DNA of 64,000 nucleotides from Octopus vulgaris. Lineage: Eukaryota. Position 1 is the stretch's first letter. Each line of letters begins with the position of its first letter. Position numbers and translations under genes: made by a program. The notes below the pieces were generated by a model that was not told where the DNA came from, ran no database searches, and saw only the letters and a program-made list of their open reading frames with translations. The stretch covers positions 15,128,001-15,192,000 of the forward strand of contig OX597843.1 of assembly GCA_951406725.2 (NCBI GenBank). Direction: 5' to 3'. This document shows positions 1 to 13,399 of the stretch, piece by piece.

Positions 1-437
1 ACAGCCTCTTCTTAACCCCTAAACTTTTCTTCTCATAACAGCCTCTTCTTTTAACCCCTAAACTTTTCTTCTCATAACAGCCTCTTCTTTTAACCCCTAA
101 ACTTTTCTTCTCATAACAGCCTCTTCTTTTAACCCCTAAACTTTTCTTCTCATAACAGCCTCTTCTTAACCCCTAAACTTTTCTTCTCATAACAGCCTCT
201 TCTTAACCCCTAAACTTTTCTTCTCATAACAGCCTCTTCTTAACCCCTAAACTTTTCTTCTCATAACAGCCTCTTCTTAACCCCTAAACTTTTCTTCTCA
301 TAACAGCCTCTTCTTAACCCCTAAACCTTTCTTCTCATAACAGCCTCTTCTTAACCCCTAAACTTTTCTTCTCATAACAGCCTCTTCTTAACCCCTAAAC
401 TTTTCTTCTCATAACAGCCTCTTCTTAACCCCTAAAC
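1..437. repeat. 37-39 bp minisatellite (acagcctcttcttaacccctaaacttttcttctcata), ~11.5 copies, runs off the window start
   Basis: Direct tandem repetition; units differ by a TT insertion. Confidence 0.95.
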
Positions 438-1511
438 ATTTGTCCCTCCCCCTTTCAAGTGCCAAAGCCCTATTCTGTTTCAAGAGTGTGTTTATTAAAG
501 TGTGTGTAGGCTAGTTACTTCCTTTCTATGAAAACTGTAGTTTTTCAAGTTTACTAATTAGATATTCAATAGCAATTAAAAACCAGTATGTCACTGATTA
601 CAGGTAGAAAGTGAAAAGTTATAACCTGGGTAGAAAAAGTTACAAGTTCAGGAGCCGGTCCTCATAAATATTCCAATTCCCACGGGTTGACAATGAAATC
701 TGGTTGTCACTGGGAGCTGACATACATTTGTGGACATAGGTCTTTGTGTTATATATCCAAAACAACTACATCAGACCTGCTGTGTCGCTATTTAGTGTAA
801 TATTTTGTAATAAAAATGTTGTTTTATGCATTTCAGATCGGAAACATTTTCTATATTTATCATAGGGCAGTCTTTTTTACAAATGGCTCTATGCTATCAT
901 GTTTCAACAATACCACCAGGCAACATTTAAAGGCGATTTCTAGACAACATTTTTGTGAGGAATGGCTGTTGATCACGTGTGAAATATCTTCAACAGAAAT
1001 GTGACATAAGCGAAATTGTCGGTCACATCCTGGAAGTTCAAATGTTTTTCTGTGTCTTTTGTTGTTTTTGGGAATTCTGTAGCTGTCTCCTGTTCAGGGA
1101 TTGGGGTAAACATAACCTTCTGAATGTTGTGTGATGTGATGGTCACGAGTCTAAAAGAAGCTACACTTTCTGTTGATTATAGGATCAGCCTCAAGTTTAC
1201 GGGGAACAGAAACAGAAGAAATGGCTGTCATTTGTGAATGACTTGCTAACACACACTACATGCATTTTAGGCGTTTGGGGTGGATTAGATTGAACTGGCC
1301 ATGTTCTGTCCCCTGCAGGACAAAGGCCTCAGCATGTTTGCTCCACTTAACCATGGTCTGATGTGCAGGCCATGAATTTGAGCTTGAGACCATACTGGTT
1401 TGATGAGACTGCTCTGTCACACTGGTTTGTCATGGCTGGATAGAGGGGGTCAGTTTTTATATTCTTCCCCAGGAGTTGCTGAGTCAATTGCATCAACCCC
1501 TGTGTTCCACT

Positions 1512-1643
1512 GATACTTACCTTATTGGCCCCAAAATGAGATGAAAGGCACATTTGCTCTGAGTGGAATTTGAACTCAGAACGTAGTGGCAGATGAAATA
1601 CCACTAAGCATTTTGCTTGGTGTGTTAATGATTCTGCCAGCTC
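1512..1643 (-). mobile_element. Degenerate OK-type tRNA-derived SINE fragment
   Basis: Similar to copies at 13655, 23703 and 59136 (ggaatttgaactcagaacgta...gattctgccagctc). Confidence 0.65.
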
Positions 1644-2119
1644 CCCAGTTGAGTTGAGAGGAACAATGTGAAGTGAAGAGACTTGCTTAAGGACACAATG
1701 TGTTGCTTGGGGCTGGAATTGAACCCATGTGTGCACTTTCATGTAGAAAACACAAGGGTTATGCATAACTTTTCTCACTGGGGGACGCTACTATAGGGGA
1801 AGGTGTAGTGGGGGTCAGATCAAAAAGGGGGCATGTAAACTGCCATGTTTGATAAAATTTAAAGGGTTTAAACTATTTAAACATATCCAACCCCATTTTT
1901 TATCTTCTCTCTTTCACTCGCATCAGTCATTAGACTGTGGCCATGCTGGGGCATTGCCTTGAAGAATTTCTAATCGAATGAATTGATCCCAGTTCTTATT
2001 TTTTAAAGCCTGGTATTTATTCTATCAGTCTCTTTTGCTGAACCGCTACGTTACGGGGACGTAAACACACCAACAGTGGTTGTCAAATTGTGGCAGGACA
2101 CATACACACACACACACGT

Positions 2120-2455
2120 GAGGGCACATGGTTCAGTAGTTAGAGCCTCAGGCTTACAATTATGAGGTTGTGAGTTCAATTCCTGGACTAGGCTGCATGT
2201 TGTGTTCTTGAGCAAGACACTTTATTTCACGTTGCTCCAGTTCACTCAGCTGTAGAAATGACTTGCAACGTCACAGGTGCCAAGCTGTATCGGCCCCTTT
2301 GCTTTTCCCTTGGATAACATCAGTAGTGTAAAGAAGAGGGAGGCTGGTATGCATGGACAACAGCTGGGCTTCCATAGACAATCTACAATCTTACCCTGAC
2401 TTGTGCTTTGGAAGAAAACTTTGTAGGTGCAATCCCAGGGTCATTCATGACCGGT
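2120..2455 (+). mobile_element. tRNA-derived SINE (third family; A box tggttcagtagtt, B box gagttcaattcc)
   Basis: Pol III boxes followed by gtgttcttgagcaagacacttta; second copy at 28188-28520. Confidence 0.8.
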
Positions 2456-2517
2456 GAGAGATTTTACTCTTTACTCACACACACATGTATGTATGTTTAT
2501 GTGTGTGTATATATATA

Positions 2518-2710
2518 TAAAGTTAATCCAAACACGAACAAAGAGAAAACACAACAACGTGAGGACGTGGAACAAGTATAGAGTTATTGGACGCCCAGGA
2601 ACGGGAAGAAAGAAGGAGGACTTAACGTTTCGAGCGGAGCTCTTCATCAGAAACATAGGTAAAGGAAAGATCCAAGGAAGGGAAGGTGGGGAAGGAAAAT
2701 CACCGGTGTG
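2518..2710 (-). mobile_element. Penelope-like terminal-repeat mini-element (family A) next to (TA)n
   Basis: Same sequence at 6295-6500, 51718-51922 and 54665-54850; carries an HHR. Confidence 0.7.
2620..2654 (-). ncRNA. Minimal type I hammerhead ribozyme motif
   Basis: Minus strand reads guuu-CUGAUGA-A-gagc-ucc-gcuc-GAAA-cg-UU-aagu; stem I weak (two G:U pairs). Confidence 0.65.
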
Positions 2711-3007
2711 ATCAGGCTCAAACTTCCATCATATGACCTCAATAGTGCCAAGCATATAGCAGACTTGCACAGAAGGCAGTGTGACAATAGTAAAGAGATG
2801 TTATGGCAAAAGTGAGGATAATTTTTGACTTCCCCTTCTTCTTTTCTTCTTTCTTCTTTTACTTGTTTCAGTCATTTGACTGCGGCCATGCTGGAGCACC
2901 GCCTTTAGTCGAGCAAATCGACCCCGGGACTTATTCTTTATAAGCCCAGTACTTATTCTATCGGTCTCTTTTTGCCGAACCGCTAAGCGCAAACATATAC
3001 ACGCGCA

Positions 3008-4997
3008 TCTCTCTCTATATAAACGGCAGTTTGTCTGTGTGTGTTCCTGTGCTCTGTTTGGTTGTACCCTCACTCTGACCACGGCTTTCAACCGATTCTG
3101 ATGAAACTTGACACACACATAGCCCAATGTCATAATTCAAAACTAACACTGAAAATTTTGAAAAGTTCCCCCAGTTCTGAAAAAAATTGATAAATTCGAC
3201 ATGGGGTCGAGAATCAGAAACACAAACCACAGACTGTCCAGGGGACGCAACTCGGCCTTTTTAACTCTGACCTACCAATCCACTTCAGGCGTTCTCAGTT
3301 TCCTGTTAAACTCTGCTTCGCAATGTCCATCAATAAATCCCAAGGCCAAACGCTACAAGTCGATGGGTTACAGTTGGGCGAACAGTGCTTCGCCCACGGT
3401 CAACTCTACGTGGGCTGTTCACACGTTGGGAGGCGCAATGATGTTTTCATCTTTTCGCCCAAAGGGACAGCTAGGAACATCGTATACACAGAAGTATTCG
3501 AGTGAAGAGAAGACATTGCAACCTACAAAATCGATAAACTCGGCATGGAGTCGAGAATCTAAGCTTTTTATATGCAACACATTATCTATGGTAGTTTTCG
3601 CAACTTGCAATCGATTTTCACAAAACTCATGGGGAAGCTTAATGTTACCCTAAGAAACTCAATTCTGACGTTAGTTTTCCATGCAATACATTACCATCAG
3701 AAACAATCGATAAAATCATGCCATTTTGGGAAATCGCGTTCAAATTCAAGATGACATATTTTCGACAATATCTTTCACAAATTGGCAGGAATTTTTTTTT
3801 TTATTCACAGCGAGCATCATGTCTGCTCCAAGGAGCTATATAGCCCTTTTTATTCCAATAGGATACATTATTGGAAAAAATCGGTTAATTAAATCATATG
3901 TGGCACACATAGCAAACCGATTTGTGTATTAAACACAAACCAGACTGTCTAGGGGACGCAACTCGACCTTTTTAGCTATCGATAATTCAACCCAACCAAT
4001 TCCTACCAGGAAGAAATTACATTCGAGACTTCACCCCCAACTTCTGCTAATAGCTGCTGCAGCCGCAAGTTATTCGAATACTTTTTTTGTTTACACTTTC
4101 TTTATAACTACCACCCCAAACGTTTTACCTTAAATTTTTGACGTACCCTAAGGGTCCTCGGACGCTACTTACAAACTCTTGGTTTATTATAAACCGCTTT
4201 TGTTGTGTGCATCAAAAAACCTTTTCCATTCGTTTGTTCAGTTTGGTCACTTTTGACTTTTTCGTTAGGCAGAGCTATTCTCGCACCCAAAAATACAACC
4301 GTCAACTCCATCAATATCCAGCTACTTGAAGCTATTCCTGATGATGTCCACGTCTACAAATCTATAGATAGGATAGCAGACCCCGCCGAGCTTGCTGATT
4401 ATCCTGTTGAATTCCTGAATTCACTTGAACCGCCAGGCCTGCGCCACACATCCTGAAGTTAAAAGTCGGTGCGCCCATTATGCTCATCAGGAATTTGGGT
4501 CCACCTAAACAGTGCAACGGCACACGTCTGGTTGTGAAACATTTGCCACCACATTTAATAACGGCCACAATACTTACTGGTTGTGGGAAGGGAGAGGACG
4601 TCTTCATTCCACGGATGCACCTTCAACCGTCGGGCGCTGACCTACCAATCCACTTCAGACGTTCTCAGTTTCCTGTTAAACTCTGCTTCGCAATGTCCAT
4701 CAATAAATCCCAAGGCCAAACGCTACAAGTCGCTGGGTTACATTTGGGTGAACAGTGCTTCGCCCACGGTCAACTCTACATGGGCTGTTCACGCGTTGGG
4801 AGGCGCAATGATGTTTTCATGTTTTCGCCCAAAGGGACAGCTAGGAACATCGTATACACAGAAATATTCGAGTGAAGACAAGACATTGCAACGTCCACAT
4901 GCACCTTCGTTCCCTGGAGGGAAAGGACTAGATTGGGATTAGTCGTTGCCTACTAGGGGCTCTTACATACCCGGGCAACGCCGGGCTATGCTGCTAG
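3008..4997 (+). mobile_element. Non-autonomous Helitron
   Basis: 5' A|TC at 3007/3008; subterminal hairpin cccgggcaacgccggg; 3' CTAG|T at 4997/4998; internal PIF1 helicase fragments. Confidence 0.9.
4261..4875 (+). pseudogene. Helitron RepHel PIF1-type helicase C-terminal fragment, frameshifted near 4440; partial duplicate at ~3268-3520
   Basis: ILAPKN, EFLNSLEPPGL, MLIRNL...CNGTRL, QFPVKLCFAMSINKSQGQTL and HGQLYMGCSRV motifs. Confidence 0.9.
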
Positions 4998-5194
4998 TAC
5001 ATATATAAATATATATATATATACATATATACGACAGGCTTCTTTCAGTTTCCGTCTACCAAATCCACTCACAAGGCATTGGTCGGCCTGGGGCTATAGC
5101 AGAAGACACTTGCCCAAGGTGCCACACAGTGGGACTGAACCCGGAAACATGTGGTTGGTTAGCAAGCTACTTACCACACAGCCACTCCTGCGCC

Positions 5195-5250
<56 letters not shown>

Positions 5251-5269
5251 CGTACACACAATAAAATGC

Positions 5270-6040
5270 ACACAATCTGACACACATCTCCACGTTCACA
5301 CACACATATACACATGCACACATGCACATACACACACACGCACATACATATGCACATAATACACGCACACACACATATACACACGTACATGCACACACAC
5401 ACCCGCACAGGTTCCCACACATACCTCCAACAAACAATACTCATCCAGATATGTACACAATTATACACACATGGGCACACACACACACAAGTATGCACAC
5501 ACGCACACATTACGCCTACACAACTCCAAAAAACACAGACACACACGCATACACAAATTCACATACACACTTATGCATATACATACACACAATATATGCA
5601 TACACGCGCACACACACATACACATACATATACACATATAGACACAGACACACACACACATGCACACACAAACATGCGCACACATACGCATGCACACACG
5701 CACACGAATGCATGCACCTAACACTCACAACCCCACGAATACACGTATATACACCCACATACGCTTACACACACACATACATGCACACACAACTACACGC
5801 ACATACGACATGCATGCACATACATACACACACACAAATGAACCCACACATACATCCCATACACACAGCACACAATTATACATACATGTGTACACACATA
5901 TGCACATACAAGCACACACACACACATACATAAAGTAAAGCATAGTTATTCGCCACACACACAAACTCTATGCATACACACACGAACACACACTACAAAC
6001 AAAACACACACGCAATACATATACATACACACATACTTCA
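5270..6040. repeat. Degenerate (CA)/(TA) compound microsatellite
   Basis: Direct inspection. Confidence 0.9.
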
Positions 6041-6294
6041 AACTACCAGTACCTCTCACTGACCATTCTTCCACATGGGTAGACACAAGAGCCACTCCTA
6101 ATTCCTTCAGCCCTACCACACACATAGATTAACAGCCACAACCACACACACACGTGTTATCATTGCACACATACACACACACATGCAGACCTTCGCGCAC
6201 GCACATATCCACACTTAAACACACATACCTCCTCTTGCACTCTCCTGTCTTTGAAAGAACTTTTCTTCACCCATTTCCTTCCGGTCATTCAAAA

Positions 6295-6741
<447 letters not shown>

Positions 6742-6747
6742 TAGTAT

Positions 6748-6845
6748 ATTATCCGCTCAGTCGAAGTCGACTCTCGGTCACTCGTTGGATCAGTGTCCTC
6801 CAGTCAGTTCTATCCTGGACCGCTTCTTTCAGATAGGCTATGGTC
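6748..6845 (-). mobile_element. Short RTE LINE 3' end
   Basis: Reverse complement of 8600-8692 (...cgacttcgactgagcggata). Confidence 0.85.
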
Positions 6846-7452
6846 AGCGTGAAAAAGCTCATAAGAGAAAAAAAATCCATAAATTTTTCTCTTAAATCTA
6901 TTTATTTATATTGAGGGCATTACTTTACATAAATACCACACACTAGGAGGGACTCTAAATGTCAAAACTACCAAAATAAATAATGAAGTGTGTATAAGTG
7001 GATCGAGAAATTTTAAAGTGGCCGGACAAGCGTGACACACAAAGGGGGAACAGGACACCAATCAACCACACAATTCTGTGTGCACAGGGTTAAATATACT
7101 TCGAATAAATTGAAATAAATTGAAATGAAAATAATTAAATAAAAACTGTGGGAATAATACAATTATACATAAGAATGAATAAATATAGTTTTGTTTATTT
7201 TAAGTAGTTTTAGTTGAGGAATTAAACACCATGTATACGCTACCAAAGAATCAAGCTTCTACACTATTAATTAAATTGATGAATAATGTAGGAACCCGAA
7301 CCATCATCTAATTTTATCTAATTAAATTATACTATTAATGAGTGGGGAAGGAGTTTTTTGTCTATTCATAGAGTTAAAAGATTTATATTTATATTTATTG
7401 AATTTAAATAAATTTAACCAAAATAAACACTGTATGAATAATACAATACCTA

Positions 7453-8706
7453 AGAAGTTCTTAAGCAGATCAGGCCGAAAATGTGGCTAGAAGCTGGGAT
7501 CACCAAGCATAGATTGGCATATTTTGGTCATATTATGCGGAGAGAATCCCTGGAGAAGGACATCATGCTCGGAATGGTCAGTGGCAAGAGAGGAAGAGGC
7601 CAACCAATGGAGAAGTTCTTAAGCAGATCAGGCCGAAAATGTGGCTAGAAGCTGGGATCACCAAGCATAGATTGGCATATTTTGGTCATATTATGCGGAG
7701 AGAATCCCTGGAGAAGGACATCATGCTCGGAATGGTCAGTGGCAAGAGAGGAAGAGGCCAACCAATGGAGAAGTTCTTAAGCAGATCAGGCCGAAAATGT
7801 GGCTAGAAGCTGGGATCACCAAGCATAGATTGGCATATTTTGGTCATATTATGCGGAGAGAATCCCTGGAGAAGGACATCATGCTCGGAATGGTCAGTGG
7901 CAAGAGAGGAAGAGGCCAACCAATGGAGAAGTTCTTAAGCAGATCAGGCCGAAAATGTGGCTAGAAGCTGGGATCACCAAGCATAGATTGGCATATTTTG
8001 GTCATATTATGCGGAGAGAATCCCTGGAGAAGGACATCATGCTCGGAATGGTCAGTGGCAAGAGAGGAAGAGGCCAACCAATGGAGAAGTTCTTAAGCAG
8101 ATCAGGCCGAAAATGTGGCTAGAAGCTGGGATCACCAAGCATAGATTGGCATATTTTGGTCATATTATGCGGAGAGAATCCCTGAAGAAGGACATCATGC
8201 TCGGAATGGTCAGTGGCAAGAGAGGAAGAGGCCAACCAATGGAGAAGTTCTTAAGCAGATCAGGCCGAAAATGTGGCTAGAAGCTGGGATCACCAAGCAT
8301 AGATTGGCATATTTTGGTCATATTATGCGGAGAGAATCCCTGGAGAAGGACATCATGCTCGGAATGGTCAGTGGCAAGAGAGGAAGAGGCCAACCAATGG
8401 AGAAGTTCTTAAGCAGATCAGGCCGAAAATGTGGCTAGAAGCTGGGATCACCAAGCATAGATTAGCATATTTTGGTCATATTATGCGGAGAGAATCCCTG
8501 GAGAAGGACATCATGCTCGGAATGGTCAGTGGCAAGAGAGGAAGAGGCCGACCAAGAACCTGCTGGCTTGACACCATCAAGAGTGATACCGGAATGGACA
8601 TGGCCAGTCTGAAGGAAGCGGCCCAGGATAGAACTGACAGGAGGACACTGATCCAACGAGTGTCCGAGAGTCGACTTCGACTGAGCGGATAGAGAGAGAG
8701 AGAGAG
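7453..8706 (+). mobile_element. 5'-truncated RTE LINE with a 158-bp segment repeated 7 times, (AG)n tail, TSD agaagttc
   Basis: Unit starts at 7453, 7611, 7769, 7927, 8085, 8243 and 8401; RLAYFGHIMRR...GKRGRGRPR RTE C-terminal motif; agaagttc at 7453-7460 and 8707-8714. Confidence 0.9.
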
Positions 8707-9089
8707 AGAAGTTCCTGAAGTTAAATATACATTTTTTTTGTAATTAAATAAATTTAGGTAAAAATAAACACTGTGTACATAGTAGATAAGAATCATAGAT
8801 CTATACCCTTAATTGAATAGGTAAGTATAAGTGAGAACATAAATTGTCAAATAATATATCTAATTAAAAAATTTATATTTGTAACAACTAATTTAACTTC
8901 TTACAATAAGAATTAGAAAATAAATAAGTAAAGTGTAGCAATAAGTACATATAGCTAGATTTATATTTTTACCAACAAATAAGAACATTTAAATATATTA
9001 TGAACATGATAGTATATATTGGTAAAAGGGGTGGGTGGCTACATAAACCTGTATTGTTAATAATGTGTCTTAGAGATAATCTCTGCAGT

Positions 9090-10090
9090 GATTCCTGATG
9101 GGTCAGGGGCTTTCCCTGTCTTCATACTTTTAATTGCTTTATCTACCAAGGTACTGTCAACTCGGATAGCTGGTCCCTCTGTTGGGTCGACATTCGGCAG
9201 ACTCTTTTTATCCCATTCATTTTCTTTGTTCAGCAACCTTTCATAGTGGCGTCTCCAAGCCTCTTTACAGCCTCATTTAGCGCAAGAAAACCATCATCCA
9301 TGTGAACACATTTCTCTCCTACCACATCACGATTCTCATTCACGCACTGTCTTGCAACACGAAATATCTCAAGTCTTTGGTCCTCACGGCGCAGAACATT
9401 GGCAAATTTTTTATTATCTGCTTCCCCTCTGGCTAAATAAACCTGTCTCCTAGCTTCCCTTCTGGCAGTCTGATACACTTCCCTGCTACCACCGTCCTTC
9501 CAGTCCTTCCAAGCCTGTTTCTTTTGTCTAATAGCCCTGTCAACAATATTGTTCCACCACCACGTTATTTTGGGTCAAGAGGGGATTTACACCATCCACA
9601 GATCTGGTCAGAGGCTCTCAGCAGTAGTCTGTTAGAGGGTGTCATAGAATTGGTCTTTCTGTCCATTGGGTAGGCCTGGCTGAAGGGCATAGGCTGAGAT
9701 AATGGTTGCTGACCCATGATAGAGCACTAATCTAATCTTAAGTATTCTGTCGCATACTCTGACCACCTCAGTTACTTTATCTACACATTTCTCCACAAGA
9801 AGTATACCCACAACCCCGACCCCATCAGTGTTCCCTGCCCTGAAAATCTTGTACCTGTGTTCTTTGCCTGTGAGGAACCTAGCAGAACCTTCTCTCCACC
9901 TTACTTCTTGGATGCAGCACATATCGACACATCTCCGTTCAAGCATTTCAACAATCTCACCAGACCTACCTTTCAGTGTGCCAACGTTGAGGGTGCCAAC
10001 CCTGAGGGTGTGGGAGGCATGGGCCCTTGAGACCCTGGGATGGGGGACAGTAGCTTCATGCACTTGAAAAGAGAGCTTGCATTTGGCAGA
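9090..10090 (-). pseudogene. RTE LINE ORF2 5' fragment (AP endonuclease and linker) with internal deletion
   Basis: GTLNVGTL, CIQEVRW and IISAYA endonuclease motifs; DVVGEKCVHMDDG matches the start of the ORF ending at 34988. Confidence 0.88.
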
Positions 10091-10454
10091 ATTCATAAAC
10101 AAACAATGGCCTTAAGTTCAACCTGCGTACACTTCACGATCATATTTTTGCACTATGTGATCATTACCTTATATAGCTTGGGTGGGGGGGGGGGGGGGTG
10201 TCGTAAAGCCTTTAGAAGTGTTCGTGGGAGACAAGCAAAGTGTGACAAAAAACAGGGACTTTTGGTACACGTGGATGGGGTGGGAGGGTTGGAGCACTGC
10301 AAACTAGCAAATATGGACAAGAGCATCTCCTGGATACATATTCTTTTGTTGGAGGTATTGAGAATCGAGTTGGGGAATCCGTGTGCGTGCGCTAGTTTAT
10401 ATGGGGTGGTGGTGGAGCAGAAAGTAGGAAGTCTTGGCGAGGCGAGTGGTAATC

Positions 10455-10490
10455 GAGAGAGAGAGAGAGAGAGACACAGACAGAGTGAAG

Positions 10491-10544
<54 letters not shown>

Positions 10545-10550
10545 GTGAAG

Positions 10551-10611
<61 letters not shown>

Positions 10612-10635
10612 AGACAGAGTGAAGCCGAGAGTGAA

Positions 10636-10684
<49 letters not shown>

Positions 10685-10779
10685 GTGAAGCCGAGAGTGA
10701 GGCAGAGAGAGAGAGAGAGGGAGAGAGAGAGAGGGAGAGAGAGAGAGTGAGACAGACAGAGTGAAGCCGAGAGTGAGGC

Positions 10780-10814
<35 letters not shown>

Positions 10815-10866
10815 CGCTGACAGAGTGAAGCCGAGAGTGAAGCCGAGAGTGAGGCAGAGAGAGAAA

Positions 10867-10915
<49 letters not shown>

Positions 10916-11267
10916 GCTGACAGAGTGAAGCCGAGAGTGAAGCCGAGAGTGAGAAAGAGAGAGAGAGAGAGGGAGAGAGAGAGACGCTGACAGAGTGAAG
11001 CCGAGAGTGAGGCAGAGAGAGAAAGAGAGTGAGAGAGAGAGAGAGGGAGAGAGAGAGGGAGAGAGAGAGAGAGACGCTGACAGAGTGAAGCCGAGAGTGA
11101 AGCCGAGAGTGAGAAAGAGAGAGAGAGAGAGGGAGAGAGAGAGAGACGCTGACAGAGTGAAGCCGAGAGTGAAGCCGAGAGTGAGGCAGAGAGGGAGAGA
11201 GAGGGAGAGGGAGAGAGGGAGAGAGAGAGACGCTGACAGAGTGAAGCCGAGAGTGAAGCCGAGAGTG

Positions 11268-11315
<48 letters not shown>

Positions 11316-11354
11316 GCTGACAGAGTGAAGCTGAGAGTGAAGCCGAGAGTGAAG

Positions 11355-11411
<57 letters not shown>

Positions 11412-11500
11412 GCTGACAGAGTGAAGCCGAGAGTGAGGCAGAGAGAGAAAGAGAGGGAGAGAGAGAGGGAGAGAGAGAGGGAGAGAGAGAGGGAGAGAGA

Positions 11501-11532
<32 letters not shown>

Positions 11533-11573
11533 CGCTGACAGAGTGAAGCTGAGAGTGAAGCCGAGAGTGAGGC

Positions 11574-11609
<36 letters not shown>

Positions 11610-12332
11610 CGCTGACAGAGTGAAGCCGAGAGTGAGGCAGAGAGAGAAAGAGAGGGAGAGAGAGAGGGATAGAGAGAGAGAGTGGGAGAGAGGGAGAGAG
11701 AGAGAGAGACGCTGACAGAGTGAAGCCGAGAGTGAAGCCGAGAGTGAGGCAGAGAGAGAGGGAGAGAGAGAGGGAGAGAGAGAGAGAGTGGGAGAGAGAG
11801 AGGGAGAGAGAGTTAGAGACGCTGAAAGAGTGAAGCCGAGAGTGAAGCCGAGAGTGAGGCAGAGAGAGAGAGAGAGGGAGAGAGAGAGAGAGACGCTGAC
11901 ACAGTGAAGCCGAGAGTGAAGCCGAGAGTGAGGCAGAGAGAGAGAGAGGGAGAGAGAGAGAGAGAGACGCCGACACAGTGAAGCCGAGAGTGAAGCCGAG
12001 AGTGAGGCAGAGAGAGAGAGAGGGTGAGGGAGAGAGGGAGAGAGAGAGAGACGCTGACAGAGTGAAGCCGAGAGTGAAGCCGAGAGTGAGGCAGAGAGAG
12101 AGAGAGAGGGAGAGAGGGAGAGAGAGAGAGAGACGCTGACAGAGTGAAGCCGAGAGTGAAGCCGAGAGTGAGGTAGAGAGAGAGAGAGAGAGAGGGAGAG
12201 GGAGAGAGGGAGAGAGAGAGACGCTGACAGAGTGAAGCCGAGAGTGAAGCCGAGAGTGAGGCAGAGAGAGAGAGAGGGAGAGAGAGAGAGAGAGACGCTG
12301 ACAGAGTGAAGCCGAGAGTGAAGCCGAGAGTG

Positions 12333-12386
<54 letters not shown>

Positions 12387-12735
12387 GCTGACAGAGTGAA
12401 GCCGAGAGTGAAACCGAGAGTGAGGCAGAGAGAGAGAGAGAGGGAGAGGGAGAGAGGGAGAGAGAGAGACGCTGACAGAGTGAAGCCGAGAGTGAAGCCG
12501 AGAGTGAGGCAGAGAGAGAGAGAGGGAGAGAGAGAGAGAGAGACTATGACAGAGTGAAGCTGAGAGTGAAGCCGAGAGTGAGGCAGAGAGAGAGAGAGAG
12601 AGGGAGAGAGAGGGAGAAACGCTGACAGAGTGAAGCTGAGAGTGAAGCCGAGAGTGAGGCAGAGAGAGAGAGAGAGGGAGAGAGAGAGGGAGAGAGAGAG
12701 AGAGAGAAAGACATGGTCAGACAGAGAGAGGGAGG
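10455..12735. repeat. (GA)n-based compound minisatellite with fixed spacer gacgctgacagagtgaagccgagagtgaagccgagagtgaggca
   Basis: More than 30 spacers separated by variable GA runs. Confidence 0.95.
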
Positions 12736-12834
12736 GAGGTCATGACATGAGGGAGAGATATTCTTTTGGTATTTAAGTGTCATAGTCAATTTGACGAGAC
12801 AGCAAATGCTGATAATAGCAAAGTAAATATATCT

Positions 12835-13086
12835 GTTAGTTAGTTAGTTAGTTAGTTAATTAGTTAATTAGTTAGTTAATTTTGGCTCAAAAAGCAAAAA
12901 GCAAGGCCATGTAGGGGGACATGGAGTTACGTACAGGGAGGGTGTTCATGTAAAGAGTTCAGGCCATTTGTGGTCAAGGGAGACTTTGAACCGAGTGGTC
13001 GTCGGCATCTTCACCATCTCGTCCGGCAGCTTATTCCACAGATCCGCAACCTGGACGGAGAAAGCCCCTCTCCTTCGATTGAGATG
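12835..13086 (-). mobile_element. CR1-like LINE 3' end with (ACTA)n tail
   Basis: Minus strand encodes RRRGAFSVQVADLWNKLP; same 3' end on + at ~56628-56800. Confidence 0.75.
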
Positions 13087-13399
13087 TTAAAATGAGATGT
13101 CAGTGTTATTTTCATTTTTGTGTAATTTAGACAACAACTTATTCACTGCACCCTGCATATTAAGTCTGGAAAAAAAGTCCTATTGCATTTTTGAGACGAT
13201 CCCTTTCTGGCTGTCTTTTCAGCACTTAGAATAAAATAAACATCAATTCTTATATTCTAATCTTCTTTTCTTTTTTTTGCAGATTATTTCAACAAATGAG
13301 GTTAAATTTCTGCTAATTTTTTACCAGAGAATGCACCAGAGAAATGTTCTGCTCTGGGTCGAGTGAGGTCAGGGTTCTGGGTGTCGTCTACGATGGAGG

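Larger units (their letters stand above)
2855..5195 (-). mobile_element. OR-type SINE split by a Helitron (3' half 2855-2990, tRNA head 5030-5195)
   Basis: Both halves match intact copies such as 17350-17792 and lie in collinear orientation either side of the Helitron. Confidence 0.75.

Noticed and set aside
1-437. Telomere or subtelomere signal from CCCTAA in the 37-bp unit
   Set aside because: Only one hexamer per unit; no (TTAGGG)n run
600-1340. Host exon or L1 ORF1 relic
   Set aside because: Stops in the frames I read and only faint motif resemblance
6850-9060. AT-rich flanks as a mitochondrial insertion
   Set aside because: I could not recognise any mitochondrial gene, rRNA or tRNA; a BLAST against cephalopod mtDNA would settle it
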